Below, piece after piece: positions 28,852-38,244 of a stretch of DNA of 49,293 bases; within the stretch, counting starts at the first letter, position 1, and each line of letters starts with the position of its first letter. The notes under the pieces are model-generated. The model searched no databases. It saw only the letters and a list, made by a program, of their open reading frames with translations, and was not told the origin of the DNA. The translations under genes and the position numbers were made by a program. Source of the stretch: a virus (Duplodnaviria > Caudoviricetes); IMG/VR virus record IMGVR_UViG_3300050194_000052, positions 1 through 49,293 of that record, one strand, 5' to 3'.

Positions 28852-29961
28852 TTAGCGAGTGTTAACGCTGTATGAACTGAGAGGTAAACCGTGTAGACGG
28901 CCATGAGGGGTTGCAACACCATCAGGCTTACCTGCTGGATCAGCAGTACCGCCATCTGGGCCTTTAGCCAAGGCTAGAGCCGCATCCGCTGCGGTGAGCT
29001 TAGTGGTCAATTCCACCTTGGCGGTTTCTGCCTCTGCCAGCTTGGTTTTGGTCTCTTCAACCTGATCAGCGGTTAATCGGAGGGCAACAGCTTCAGTGCG
29101 CAGAGTATTAAGTTCAGAGGTCATATCCTCTACTTTGCCTGATGCGAGTAGCAGCGCCTTGTACTCAGTAAGGGGGATCGTAACTTCTGACATATTTGAC
29201 TCCGTAGGTTTTGTTTGTTCACGAGGTTTAGGTTTATTTTCTAAAACCTCCTCATGGGTAACTAAAGCAAGTTTATCCGAAATAGAACTCGCTGCCAAGC
29301 TCGGTAATCGAAGTTTTTTACTTAATACTTGCTCTTTCTCTGATAAAATGCGTGCGTCGGTTACTGCGCCTTGAACAACCAGACTTAATTCATCCCAATA
29401 AGCCAAACCAGCGAGTTTTAAATGCACCCCATTAGTGCCAACAACGTGGTTTTTATCGCAGATAGGGGGGCTATTTGTGTAGAGATTCATCCGTGCAAAT
29501 GATTCTTCATCTTTACTGTACTCATAATCACACTTAGAGCAGCGGATTACATTCGGGTAAGTCTTAGAGGATACTTGATTTATAACTCCCAATGACATTC
29601 TATTATCCAAGCTTTGAGGCTCTTCATCTTTTGGAACTGCAATATATCCATACAGACCAAACTCTCCATCTTCATCAGGCATAGGTTCTACCTGAGCATG
29701 TAGTACAACGCCATCGGGTAGGGCATTATAGTCCTTATGGTTCTGAATGATAGGAACCTTTTTATTCAGACTAATCTTAGCCATCTCTTCTAGGAGGCTT
29801 TTTTCAAGTTTAGCCCCCTGATACGGCCCAGTAGTTCTAGGAATAGGTTTAGTAGAGTTTATCAATACCTCATAAACACTTACCTTATCTAGCTGATCTA
29901 AGCCTACTTTGCCTAGAACAAGCTCCTTTACTTTACCTTCAATTTTTACCTTGTACATCAT
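28852..29961 (-). CDS. Prohead protease with C-terminal scaffold region
   Basis: PIIQNH, VSS, ELSLVVQGA protease-like motifs with a CSKC insert; coiled-coil C-terminus. Confidence 0.75.
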   Translation of the reverse strand: MMYKVKIEGKVKELVLGKVGLDQLDKVSVYEVLINSTKPIPRTTGPYQGAKLEKSLLEEMAKISLNKKVPIIQNHKDYNALPDGVVLHAQVEPMPDEDGEFGLYGYIAVPKDEEPQSLDNRMSLGVINQVSSKTYPNVIRCSKCDYEYSKDEESFARMNLYTNSPPICDKNHVVGTNGVHLKLAGLAYWDELSLVVQGAVTDARILSEKEQVLSKKLRLPSLAASSISDKLALVTHEEVLENKPKPREQTKPTESNMSEVTIPLTEYKALLLASGKVEDMTSELNTLRTEAVALRLTADQVEETKTKLAEAETAKVELTTKLTAADAALALAKGPDGGTADPAGKPDGVATPHGRLHGLPLSSYSVNTR

Positions 29962-29968
29962 ACTACTC

Positions 29969-31447
29969 CTATTTCACAATATTGCTGTTAGCAGATTTAT
30001 CAGCCTTCTTGGTGGTCTGTCTCTGGACAGAATTAGGCTGATCACCATTAGGGTTAGGGTCAGTGCTTGTCTGGTCTACTTTACTCATAAAACCAGTACC
30101 AGACAGCTCAGGAGCACTATCTGGCCTTAAACGACCATACATCTCCATGTGGTACTCATCATCTGTAATCAAGCCATCTGATAGATCGTTTTTCAGTCTA
30201 GTTTGTTTCTGTATCTTTGCTGGCTCAAGCTCATTGTCAGCTCTAAGCTCTGGCTTCACAAAGAATACATTACAAATAGATTTAGAACCAGATAAAGCTA
30301 ATACTAAATTGAACATCTGTCTCCAAAGATCCGCTAATGGTTCATTCAATTCTGAAGCAGATAGAGAAAATATTCTAGCCTCAACAGAAGCAGTATTGAC
30401 CCCAGCTTGTCCTCTACCAATAATGGTAGCCATTGTTTTCAAAGCGGCTTGGTTCTGAGCATTGAGTACCTCAATCACGGGACGAATATCTAGAGTTGCC
30501 CCAGCACTCTTCTCATTCATGATTGTTATTTCTGAGGAGTCAGTGTGTACTAATGGTTGATCTGGTCTGATATTCTGGAAATTAGCAACAGTTTGAGAGA
30601 TCTGCGACCTAACATACTCCTGCATCTTCTTCTGATTCTTCTTAGTCTCTGGAGGGGCATTCTTAGCAATAACCTCCTCTAACATTTGAATCTTAATACG
30701 TGGAAAACCATTAAGATTCATTAGTCTGTATAAGTCATTTATGATCTGAGTGCGGGCATAAACTGTGTTAATTACGGATATAAACAAACTAGTGCTATAA
30801 GCACTGTTAGGGTCTTGTCTCATTGAAGAGTAAAAGATAGTGGGGAAATCTAAACTTTTAGAATCACCCCCACCAGAGACCTTTTGGCTAGGCTTTAAAC
30901 TACCACTTTCTGATTCAGTCCACTCAAGGCTTGCTGTATCTACTACTCTGATATCAGTCAGCATACCAATCTTCTTATCATAGATAAGCTCTCCACAGAT
31001 TGAGCCTCTCTTTAAGATCATATATCTAAACTTCTCATTCAACACTTTAAGAGATTTTGACATCTTAAAGCCCTTAGAGTAATCGAAGTTATTTGTCACC
31101 CCATGTAGGAAGGTATTTACTATCTGCTGTGCCTTTCTATCCACCTGATTGTTTTCATCGTAACAGATGAATTTCATATCGGTGTTAGCAACAGTCAAAT
31201 AAGCACCCACAGAGGCAGAGACATCAGGATCAGCACGCATGAGCGTTTCAATGATCCCAGTATCTTCACCTTCATGTTCAGTCAGTAGATCCCGCTTGTG
31301 ACTGAAAAGATCAGGAGCACTTAAAGGTTGAGTCCTTTGAGATGAGTTAAACGTGGGAGTGTCTGCCTTACCACCCGCCTGAATATTCTTAGGGGGTAAT
31401 ATCTCCGCCAGTTTCCCCATCAAACTCTTAGATGATGTTCCCGCCAT
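29969..31447 (-). CDS. Portal protein
   Basis: 492 aa between terminase and protease; C-terminal DGLITDDEY pattern. Confidence 0.8.
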   Translation of the reverse strand: MAGTSSKSLMGKLAEILPPKNIQAGGKADTPTFNSSQRTQPLSAPDLFSHKRDLLTEHEGEDTGIIETLMRADPDVSASVGAYLTVANTDMKFICYDENNQVDRKAQQIVNTFLHGVTNNFDYSKGFKMSKSLKVLNEKFRYMILKRGSICGELIYDKKIGMLTDIRVVDTASLEWTESESGSLKPSQKVSGGGDSKSLDFPTIFYSSMRQDPNSAYSTSLFISVINTVYARTQIINDLYRLMNLNGFPRIKIQMLEEVIAKNAPPETKKNQKKMQEYVRSQISQTVANFQNIRPDQPLVHTDSSEITIMNEKSAGATLDIRPVIEVLNAQNQAALKTMATIIGRGQAGVNTASVEARIFSLSASELNEPLADLWRQMFNLVLALSGSKSICNVFFVKPELRADNELEPAKIQKQTRLKNDLSDGLITDDEYHMEMYGRLRPDSAPELSGTGFMSKVDQTSTDPNPNGDQPNSVQRQTTKKADKSANSNIVK

Positions 31448-33209
31448 TATAGCCGCTCCGGTGTCTGTTAGTACCTCCGATTAAGTTTCCAATATCGGAG
31501 ATGTTAGCTTTCTGATCAATTCCGCCTAAGTATAGCGTAGTACCTACACTATTTGCTAAACCTTTCCCACCGTAGTGTTGGTGTGAAGCTTGAAAAGCGT
31601 AACCCATCGAGTGAAAATAGTGATCGTTACCTGTTAATTTCTCCCAGATGGGGATACTCTCATCTTTAGTCTTACGAACCATATCCCTTAAATGCTCAGT
31701 AATAATCTCTTTTTGTGCCCCATAACCGGACATGGTTATCTCTGTGTTCCTGATCGCAGTAACAAGTAAATCTAAATGCCATGTTCTCTGAACTTGAGCG
31801 TAAGAAATATCCTTGAACTCATCCTCCTTATAGTCAAAGTTCTTGCCTCCCTTAGTGTTAGAGTAGGCTAGAGGCATAATAACCATCTCACTTTCATCTC
31901 TAAGATCATCAGCCATAATAGTCTCAGGATATCTATCTATGTGTCCCGCTGAAATCTTATACTCCTCTAAAAGCTGCAATGCTCTCTTTTTAACCTTCTT
32001 ACCTTTTACAGTTTCAAACAGTACATAGTCATGGGTATTACCATCATCATTACTTCTACAAACACTAATATGGCAGATGCTACCCACGTCTATCCCAATG
32101 AAATAATCATAACCCTCCTCATAGGGTATAGCGTGCATCATTGGGGTGAAACATGCCTTAATGTCTGATAGTGATAAGCGTTCATCTTTACCCTCATAGG
32201 CTTTACCTAATACCGTGTTATACCACCCCCTTAAATTATCTCTCTCACGATAGCTAAATAGCTGAGTTAAGATATAGGATACAGGTAAGGTACTAACACA
32301 AAAGGGAGTTACTCTGTAACCTCTGTGGTGAGTTCTATGCGGGTAGGTTGGTACCCATTCTCTTAGATTAGGATCATCTAGATTAAGTTTAGTCTTACAT
32401 TTCTCACAGTGAGAATAAGCTTCACTTAGATCAATTTTAAAATCATCAATCCATGCCTCATCAAACTCCTCTAGCTTCTCATGCAGCTCCGCGGGTAGAT
32501 TAGGTACTGTGATAAATCTGCTGTTGAAGTCTGGAATCTGATGGTGATTGCAGCATGGACATTTATAGATATACTCCATCTGATCTGACCGTTCGAAGTC
32601 CGCGGTAATTCCAAAGCCAGAATAAGTAGGGGTACTAAATCTCTGAGAGATCTTCCAGTCTGACCCCTGCATACGAGAGTTAAATAGAGCAAGCATTTTC
32701 TGATCTGAGAGATCTACCTCATCAACCATCACAACATCTGCTGACTGGGAAGTAGCAGCACCCTCATTGGTAGGCATAAAGAGCACAAAGCTCTCATTGA
32801 TTTGGTTAATTTCAATAGACCTGATCAGCTTACTCTCACTGACGTTATTCTTATTGAATGCCTGAGTGGTCTCTATCAAGCCTTGAATACGGGTTTGATA
32901 CAGCCGCTTCCTCATAGGAATATCTGGAAGAGTAAAGATGATATTTCTGTGAGGATTACGCGCTGCAATGGCTAGTGCCTTTCTTATCTGAACCTCTGAG
33001 AGACCAATCTGGGATGGCTTAATGCAGCATAAGTTAGGGTGCATATCATTTAAGATAGCTTCCTGAAATGGGTACTTCTTTGTAGAGAATGGTAAACCCC
33101 CCAACTTGGTATTCTTAGATAACCAAACTGAATAGCTTGAAGGGTTCATTAACTCTTCTAAATGTTCCTCCAGTCTGCTCACAAAGGATGTGACGATATT
33201 TTCTGCCAT
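31428..33209 (-). CDS. Terminase large subunit, lambda GpA-like
   Basis: YPFQ, KPSQIGLSE (deviant Walker A), VVMVDEVD, STPT, CPCC..CEKC, nuclease GIDVG and NDHYFH. Likely start MAENIV at 33209 after GAGGCGGGA. Confidence 0.9.
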   Translation of the reverse strand: MAENIVTSFVSRLEEHLEELMNPSSYSVWLSKNTKLGGLPFSTKKYPFQEAILNDMHPNLCCIKPSQIGLSEVQIRKALAIAARNPHRNIIFTLPDIPMRKRLYQTRIQGLIETTQAFNKNNVSESKLIRSIEINQINESFVLFMPTNEGAATSQSADVVMVDEVDLSDQKMLALFNSRMQGSDWKISQRFSTPTYSGFGITADFERSDQMEYIYKCPCCNHHQIPDFNSRFITVPNLPAELHEKLEEFDEAWIDDFKIDLSEAYSHCEKCKTKLNLDDPNLREWVPTYPHRTHHRGYRVTPFCVSTLPVSYILTQLFSYRERDNLRGWYNTVLGKAYEGKDERLSLSDIKACFTPMMHAIPYEEGYDYFIGIDVGSICHISVCRSNDDGNTHDYVLFETVKGKKVKKRALQLLEEYKISAGHIDRYPETIMADDLRDESEMVIMPLAYSNTKGGKNFDYKEDEFKDISYAQVQRTWHLDLLVTAIRNTEITMSGYGAQKEIITEHLRDMVRKTKDESIPIWEKLTGNDHYFHSMGYAFQASHQHYGGKGLANSVGTTLYLGGIDQKANISDIGNLIGGTNRHRSGYNGGNII

Positions 33210-33273
33210 TCCCGCCTCTATCCAAGTTATTAAAGGTGTAAGATACCATATCCATTCCAGTTTGAGCATTATT

Positions 33274-33747
33274 ATGAGCTTTCAGTTCCCCAGAATATCT
33301 ACCGAGCAGGTGGATGATATTGTCAATATCCTTATCTACATCATCCAAGACCCTAAAGGTCTAGATCACTTCAACTGTTCCTATAGTGACAATCTAGTAG
33401 AGACTCTGATTGCAGCTAGGTCAAAGATACTGGAAGTGTATAAGGATAACATTCAGCAAATAGATGATGGTTCAAATGACGGAATAAACTTGCTAAGTAA
33501 GTCCTCATCAGATACAATAAAAGCTCTAAAGGATATGGTGAAAAGTACCGAGACTACAGATGCCGCTAAGGTGTCAGGTACAAAGCTACTGTTTGAGCTA
33601 GTAGAGAAAGAGCTTGATATTATTGAGAGAGTAGCCAACGTGGAACGCGTGGAACAAGTTCTCTCACTGACTAAAGAGCTATTCACCAGACTACCTGATA
33701 AGGCATTGGCGGATGAGTACATAGGAAGGCTTAAAGAAATAGGCTGA
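33274..33747 (+). CDS. Helical hypothetical protein (possible terminase small subunit)
   Basis: Likely start MSFQFP at 33274, divergent from terL; function inferred only from adjacency and size. Confidence 0.4.
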   Translation: MSFQFPRISTEQVDDIVNILIYIIQDPKGLDHFNCSYSDNLVETLIAARSKILEVYKDNIQQIDDGSNDGINLLSKSSSDTIKALKDMVKSTETTDAAKVSGTKLLFELVEKELDIIERVANVERVEQVLSLTKELFTRLPDKALADEYIGRLKEIG

Positions 33748-33848
33748 TCATTGCCCTTTTTAAAGCCAATGTTTTAACGTACACTCGATTGTCCAAGGTG
33801 ATAGAGAGCGCCTTGGACACAAAGGCTAACCATTTCAAGGATTTACCC

Positions 33849-36293
33849 ATGTCGATCTTTTCCAAAACGGCTCCTGCTTATCTGAAGCTAGGCGTATCAG
33901 TAATCCCCCTCCAAGCAAATTCTAAGGTACCTGTACCAACTGGATGGACAGATTACGCAGACCACCCTATCCCTGCGAATATCCAGAAGGAATGGCTGCA
34001 TCTCCCTGCAAACCACAACATTGGTTTGGTACTGGGTAAACAGAGTGGTGTTAGTGTCCTAGATATTGACATCGAAGATGACCTTATGGTCAGTCGTATT
34101 GTCAAACTGCTACCGCAATCCCCATGGCATAGACGGGGACGTAAAGGTTTAGTTCTGGCCTTTAAACACACACCAGACAGAGATTACACCTTTCGTCTAA
34201 AGGATAAGCAGGGTAAAACGCTGATCGAGTTTCTGAGTAGTGGTACGCAAGTCGTTTTGCCTCCCTCTATTCACCCCGATACCATGCAGCCTTACGTTGC
34301 AAATGCTGATCTGGTTCAACTATTAAAAGCAGATGCTCTCCCTACTCTTCCTGACAACTTAGAAGAGTTAATTCATGACATCCTGACTAGCTGCGGTCTT
34401 GAGGTAAAGACAGGTAAGGGTGTCGGTGCTCTGACCGAGTTTGTGCCTGCGGGGGATCGTGACAACCGCATGACCCAAAGAGCTGGAGCATTAGCGATAG
34501 ATGTAGTACGCGGATTCATGACGCTAAAACGTGCTATCAACACGATGCACGCCTTTAACGACGGCTTTACGGAACAGGTTGCTGGTGACAGCATGGATAT
34601 GCACAAGCATGTCCGTAACATGATTGGCTTCATTCGTAATGACCTTAGAGCAAGAAATTGCGCTATGCCTATCGGTTGGGATGAAGGTCTCACAGAAGAA
34701 GAGAGAACTAACCTTAATCTGGTGTTACCAACTGAGGTCAGCTATGAGGTCTTAGAGACCAGTGCTTCTATCGACATTGACAATAGTGGTAACGATAAAC
34801 TAGGAGCAATGCGGGAAATCTTGCAAAAGATGGCTAACATTCGCCAAGTAGATAATCTTAAAGAAGGGATGCTTCTTGAGAAAATGGTCAAGAAGTTTAA
34901 GGGAGAGATCAAGCTAAGGGATGTCAAGAAAGAGTTAGCAGAGCTGAAAGAAAGAAGCCTTGCGTTTGAGGTGTCTGAAGAGGGTAATCTCCTTGAGTTA
35001 AACACCCATACTCAAGTTGCCATTGCAGCCATTGAATACCAAAATAATCTCGGTGAGTTGAGATCACAAGATGGCATTATGTACCGTTGGACAAATTCCC
35101 ATTGGGAAGAAGTCAATGAGACCATGATGCAGGAATGGGTATCCACTCGGTATGTGAATTGCCCTGTGTTGAAGAGAGCAAGTGACATCCAAGGTATTTG
35201 GAAAATGATGTTACTGCAAACATACGGCAGATCTTTAAGGACTGATAACCGCCCATTTATCAACGTAGCCAATGGTGTTGTTCTTTATGATGGTACCCTG
35301 ATTGACTTCGATAAAGAGTTTGGTGCCACCTATGTTCTGCCTTATAGGTATACTCGTGACGCAGAATGTCCAATCTTCTTAGACTTCCTGCACCAATCAT
35401 GGCATAGAGACCCAGACTACCAAGATAAGCTCAAGGCACTGCAAGAAGCTATCTGCGCGACTTTACTCGGTTACGCTACCAAGTTTCAACGTGCATTCTT
35501 GCTGATTGGTAAGGCCAATAGCGGTAAATCAGTGCTTCTTGAAGTGATTGCCAACATGTTTCCGACCAGTGCAAGATCATCTGTATCCTTTAATAAGCTA
35601 CAGGATGGATCTCTGTTTGTCAGTATCGACAAGAAATTGATCAATGTTGTCGGTGAGCTGTCAGAAAAGCAAAAGATCAAGGGTGATCTATTTAAAAGTT
35701 TGATCGACGGGTCAGAAACAGTGGCACGCAGACTGTATAGCCCTGCATTTAACATGCGACCAATCGCTGCACACTGGGCTGCCTCGAACCATTTACCAAA
35801 GACTGATGACTCATCTGCGGGTTTTACTCGCCGCTGGTTAATGTTTAAGTTTAACCATGTTGTGGCAAAGGAAGATGTAGATATTAACCTTGCCTCGAAG
35901 ATCATCTGCAACGAGAAAGAGGGTATATTCCGTTGGGCGTTGGAAGCTCTGCCAAGACTAACACAGGGTAAAGGCAACTATACACTGTGCGCATCGCATC
36001 TGTCTGCGGTTAATGCTTTGACTTACAACGTCAATCCGGTTCTATTCTTCCTTGAGAAATCAGATACCCTGAAGAAAGGGCCAGAAGAGAAGATCACAGA
36101 GGAAGAGTTGTGGTACTCATTCCGCATGTTCTTTATGCGCAACATCGGAGGTCGCAATCACCATGACATGTGTTCGTTCCGGTCAATGCTTGAGGAAGTG
36201 ATGGACGACCAGAAGATAGTTAAGATCCACAAGATGGATGATGTCCGCACTTGGTACTCAGGTGTATCTTTGGCTAGTGGTATCCCTTGCTAG
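33849..36293 (+). CDS. Prim-Pol primase fused to D5-like SF3 helicase
   Basis: SVIPL, NIGLVLG, VLDID, QVVLPPSIHPDT (bifunctional Prim-Pol); GKANSGKS, NVVGE, AASNHLP and GFTRRW (SF3). Likely start 33849 after AAGGA. Confidence 0.9.
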   Translation: MSIFSKTAPAYLKLGVSVIPLQANSKVPVPTGWTDYADHPIPANIQKEWLHLPANHNIGLVLGKQSGVSVLDIDIEDDLMVSRIVKLLPQSPWHRRGRKGLVLAFKHTPDRDYTFRLKDKQGKTLIEFLSSGTQVVLPPSIHPDTMQPYVANADLVQLLKADALPTLPDNLEELIHDILTSCGLEVKTGKGVGALTEFVPAGDRDNRMTQRAGALAIDVVRGFMTLKRAINTMHAFNDGFTEQVAGDSMDMHKHVRNMIGFIRNDLRARNCAMPIGWDEGLTEEERTNLNLVLPTEVSYEVLETSASIDIDNSGNDKLGAMREILQKMANIRQVDNLKEGMLLEKMVKKFKGEIKLRDVKKELAELKERSLAFEVSEEGNLLELNTHTQVAIAAIEYQNNLGELRSQDGIMYRWTNSHWEEVNETMMQEWVSTRYVNCPVLKRASDIQGIWKMMLLQTYGRSLRTDNRPFINVANGVVLYDGTLIDFDKEFGATYVLPYRYTRDAECPIFLDFLHQSWHRDPDYQDKLKALQEAICATLLGYATKFQRAFLLIGKANSGKSVLLEVIANMFPTSARSSVSFNKLQDGSLFVSIDKKLINVVGELSEKQKIKGDLFKSLIDGSETVARRLYSPAFNMRPIAAHWAASNHLPKTDDSSAGFTRRWLMFKFNHVVAKEDVDINLASKIICNEKEGIFRWALEALPRLTQGKGNYTLCASHLSAVNALTYNVNPVLFFLEKSDTLKKGPEEKITEEELWYSFRMFFMRNIGGRNHHDMCSFRSMLEEVMDDQKIVKIHKMDDVRTWYSGVSLASGIPC

Positions 36294-36330
36294 TGGCGTT
36301 GTGCGGTAAGCGAAACGAAGCGAGACAGAG

Positions 36331-36357
36331 AGGGTGCCTAATAAGGCACCCTTTTTT
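36331..36357 (+). terminator. Intrinsic terminator after primase-helicase
   Basis: AGGGTGCCT-aata-AGGCACCC-TTTTTT. Confidence 0.85.
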
Positions 36358-36620
36358 ATATCTGTGGAATATAGCAGTGACTATAGGACTAGGAGGACTA
36401 GGGCAGGATACGGGATGGGTGCAGATCTGTGTTATGTGGTTGATTATAAGGGGTTTTAGACGAAAAATTTTTTTTAAAATGAGCGTGGGGAACCCATTTC
36501 CTCTTCTTATATAAATAGTCAAATAAAACGTGCCTACCCTTTTAATCACTTATAAATCAATCACTTACACTACTTATTGATCATTTATTGATCACTTAGC
36601 AATTATCTATAAAAAAGATA

Positions 36621-36648
36621 TAGACAGACCAAAGAAACATGTTATGAT
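36621..36648 (+). promoter_or_regulatory. Sigma70-type promoter
   Basis: TAGACA-N16-TATGAT with an extended TGn and an A-rich upstream element. Confidence 0.6.
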
Positions 36649-36776
36649 GTGAACCATGAAGAGATAGAACATCGCTCTTCACTGGACTAGACTAGGCCAA
36701 AAAGCACTAGACTTGTTCATGGGATAGGCAAAGCACATAGCCATAGCTATGTGACTTAATAAGCCCTTGTTCCCTG

Positions 36777-36810
36777 TCATGACGACGAGTCATGATCTTA
36801 TTCTTTAACA
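36777..36810 (+). promoter_or_regulatory. boxB-like hairpin plus boxA-like antitermination element
   Basis: TCATGAC-GACGA-GTCATGA followed by ATTCTTTAACA (rrn boxA is GCTCTTTAACA). Confidence 0.5.
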
Positions 36811-37474
36811 GATTGGATGAAAAAGGCGCGTTATCTTTTAACGCAAATTTATAGCTTTAAGCATACCGCTAAAAGCTATTCAATCAAGGCCACAAGGTCG
36901 TAAAGGTGATATTATGAAAGTAGCAAAACATACTGTTAGTTTTCTAACAGGTGCAGTAGCGTCAGGCAAAAACGCAAATGTAATCTTGTCAGTAGCGCAA
37001 AAAGCATCAGAAGGTAAAATCCTACCCCCATGGGCACGTAAGATTCCTGAGTCATATTGGGAAAAATTGTTGTGTGCGCCAGTCGCCACCCTAAAGGTGG
37101 TGGTAAAGTCTGATTCATTGTCAGATCTTCGTGGTCTGATCAACAAACTAAACGACAATTCATTGTCTTACAAGGATAGTGAATTGTTCGACCAGTTGGT
37201 AACAATTGAATCGTTTAAATCGTTTCCTGTAATGGCTGAAATTAAGGCACATATGCTTGATTGTGAACAGATTACTATCACACCGACCAAGGTACAAAAA
37301 ATCTTGGCTTCGGTATTGAAGTTATCGCAACAGGAACAAGCTGAATTACTGGCAGCGTATCAGTTGGCAACTGCTGAGCTGTCAACAGAGATCAAAAACG
37401 AAAAGGATCATCAAGCGCCTAAAGCTGCTTGATCTTCCTCACCAAGGGTAACGCGCCTTTTTCATCCGATCTGT
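36808..37474 (+). repeat. 31-bp long-range inverted repeat (36808-36838 / 37444-37474) enclosing one ORF
   Basis: 28 Watson-Crick pairs plus 3 U.G pairs on the plus-strand RNA. Confidence 0.9.
36914..37432 (+). CDS. Hypothetical protein, 172 aa, ending in -KAA
   Basis: AAAGGTGA RBS; first ORF after the 36621 promoter. Confidence 0.8.
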   Translation: MKVAKHTVSFLTGAVASGKNANVILSVAQKASEGKILPPWARKIPESYWEKLLCAPVATLKVVVKSDSLSDLRGLINKLNDNSLSYKDSELFDQLVTIESFKSFPVMAEIKAHMLDCEQITITPTKVQKILASVLKLSQQEQAELLAAYQLATAELSTEIKNEKDHQAPKAA

Positions 37475-38160
37475 GTTAGGCCCACCAATGCCTAAACAAT
37501 CTATCTTGGTTATCACCCCGACTAGTCTTCACTAGCATGGTCGCTTGAGGGCATACGCTCAAGCTAGGCTTTTAATCCTATGTATCATGCACTTGGCATA
37601 GGATACGAATGCGTAAGCAATTCGACGCACATAGCAGACTTTTTTTCGTGTCGCGTGTGTGATCGTTGTAAGCCTTACGTTATCAAACAATTGCGTTTGA
37701 GCCAAACAATTCAAGCAAACTACTACCCCATTGAAGCGATTTTAGCAAAATCCACAATGAATCTGTTTAGGGTAGGGACGTATTGACTTTTGTCAATTCC
37801 TGTGCACGTGGGCTGACTGCCTTAAATGGTCGGATGATGTGAAGCATCAACTTTATACACTTCACACGACAAGCTGAAACCGCATTGTCGCTTAGGTATT
37901 ATCACGGGCCAAATGGTTCTTAACAGGGTGATAATACGTTACAGAACTATATCTGCGAAAATCGCATAAACTGATATAGATACGTAAAAGTCCTAGGGTC
38001 ATGACCTAAAAAATCATGATGCTTTAAGACACTTACTTTCCCCACGATTTGGTGAAAGAAAAGACTTAGAGATAACTTAGCGCATAATGAACCGTATTGA
38101 GGCAGGCATGTAGACTCGATAGGATATAGGGTGGTAGCTGATCAAGTATCGGCTACCCGT
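37475..38160 (+). ncRNA. Candidate large structured non-coding RNA
   Basis: No RBS-backed ORF; nested long-range helices, more than ten local stems and two possible pseudoknots (see findings). Confidence 0.55.
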
Positions 38161-38244
38161 TGGTAAACGCATGTGATCCCCAAACTCAATGAAGTTTAGA
38201 TACGGATCACATACATTTACCAACCACTGTCCAAAGGGCATTTT

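Noticed and set aside
3102-35977. Many short opposite-strand ORFs overlapping long genes (e.g. 4182..4589, 27392..27871, 35486..35977)
   Set aside because: Antisense shadows of well-supported genes, lacking RBS or motifs.
36808-37474. Insertion sequence, invertible segment or retron
   Set aside because: No transposase, recombinase or reverse transcriptase motifs, no target duplication, and the mismatches favour RNA pairing.
37580-37786. 68-aa plus-strand ORF
   Set aside because: No RBS and the start is buried in a stem; the region is better explained as structured RNA, though translation is not excluded.
38078-38105. dif/XerCD site (GCGCATAATG)
   Set aside because: Only a XerC-like half; the TTATGTTAAAT XerD arm is missing.
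37700-38160. tmRNA-like hints (GCAAAC resume-like codons, pseudoknots, GCATGTAG)
   Set aside because: No tRNA-like acceptor stem, T-arm or CCA end, and the frame does not end in an AA tag.
37475-38160. Group I or group II intron, or RNase P RNA
   Set aside because: No convincing P7 pairing, domain V or GAGGAAAGUCC core, and no interrupted gene is evident.
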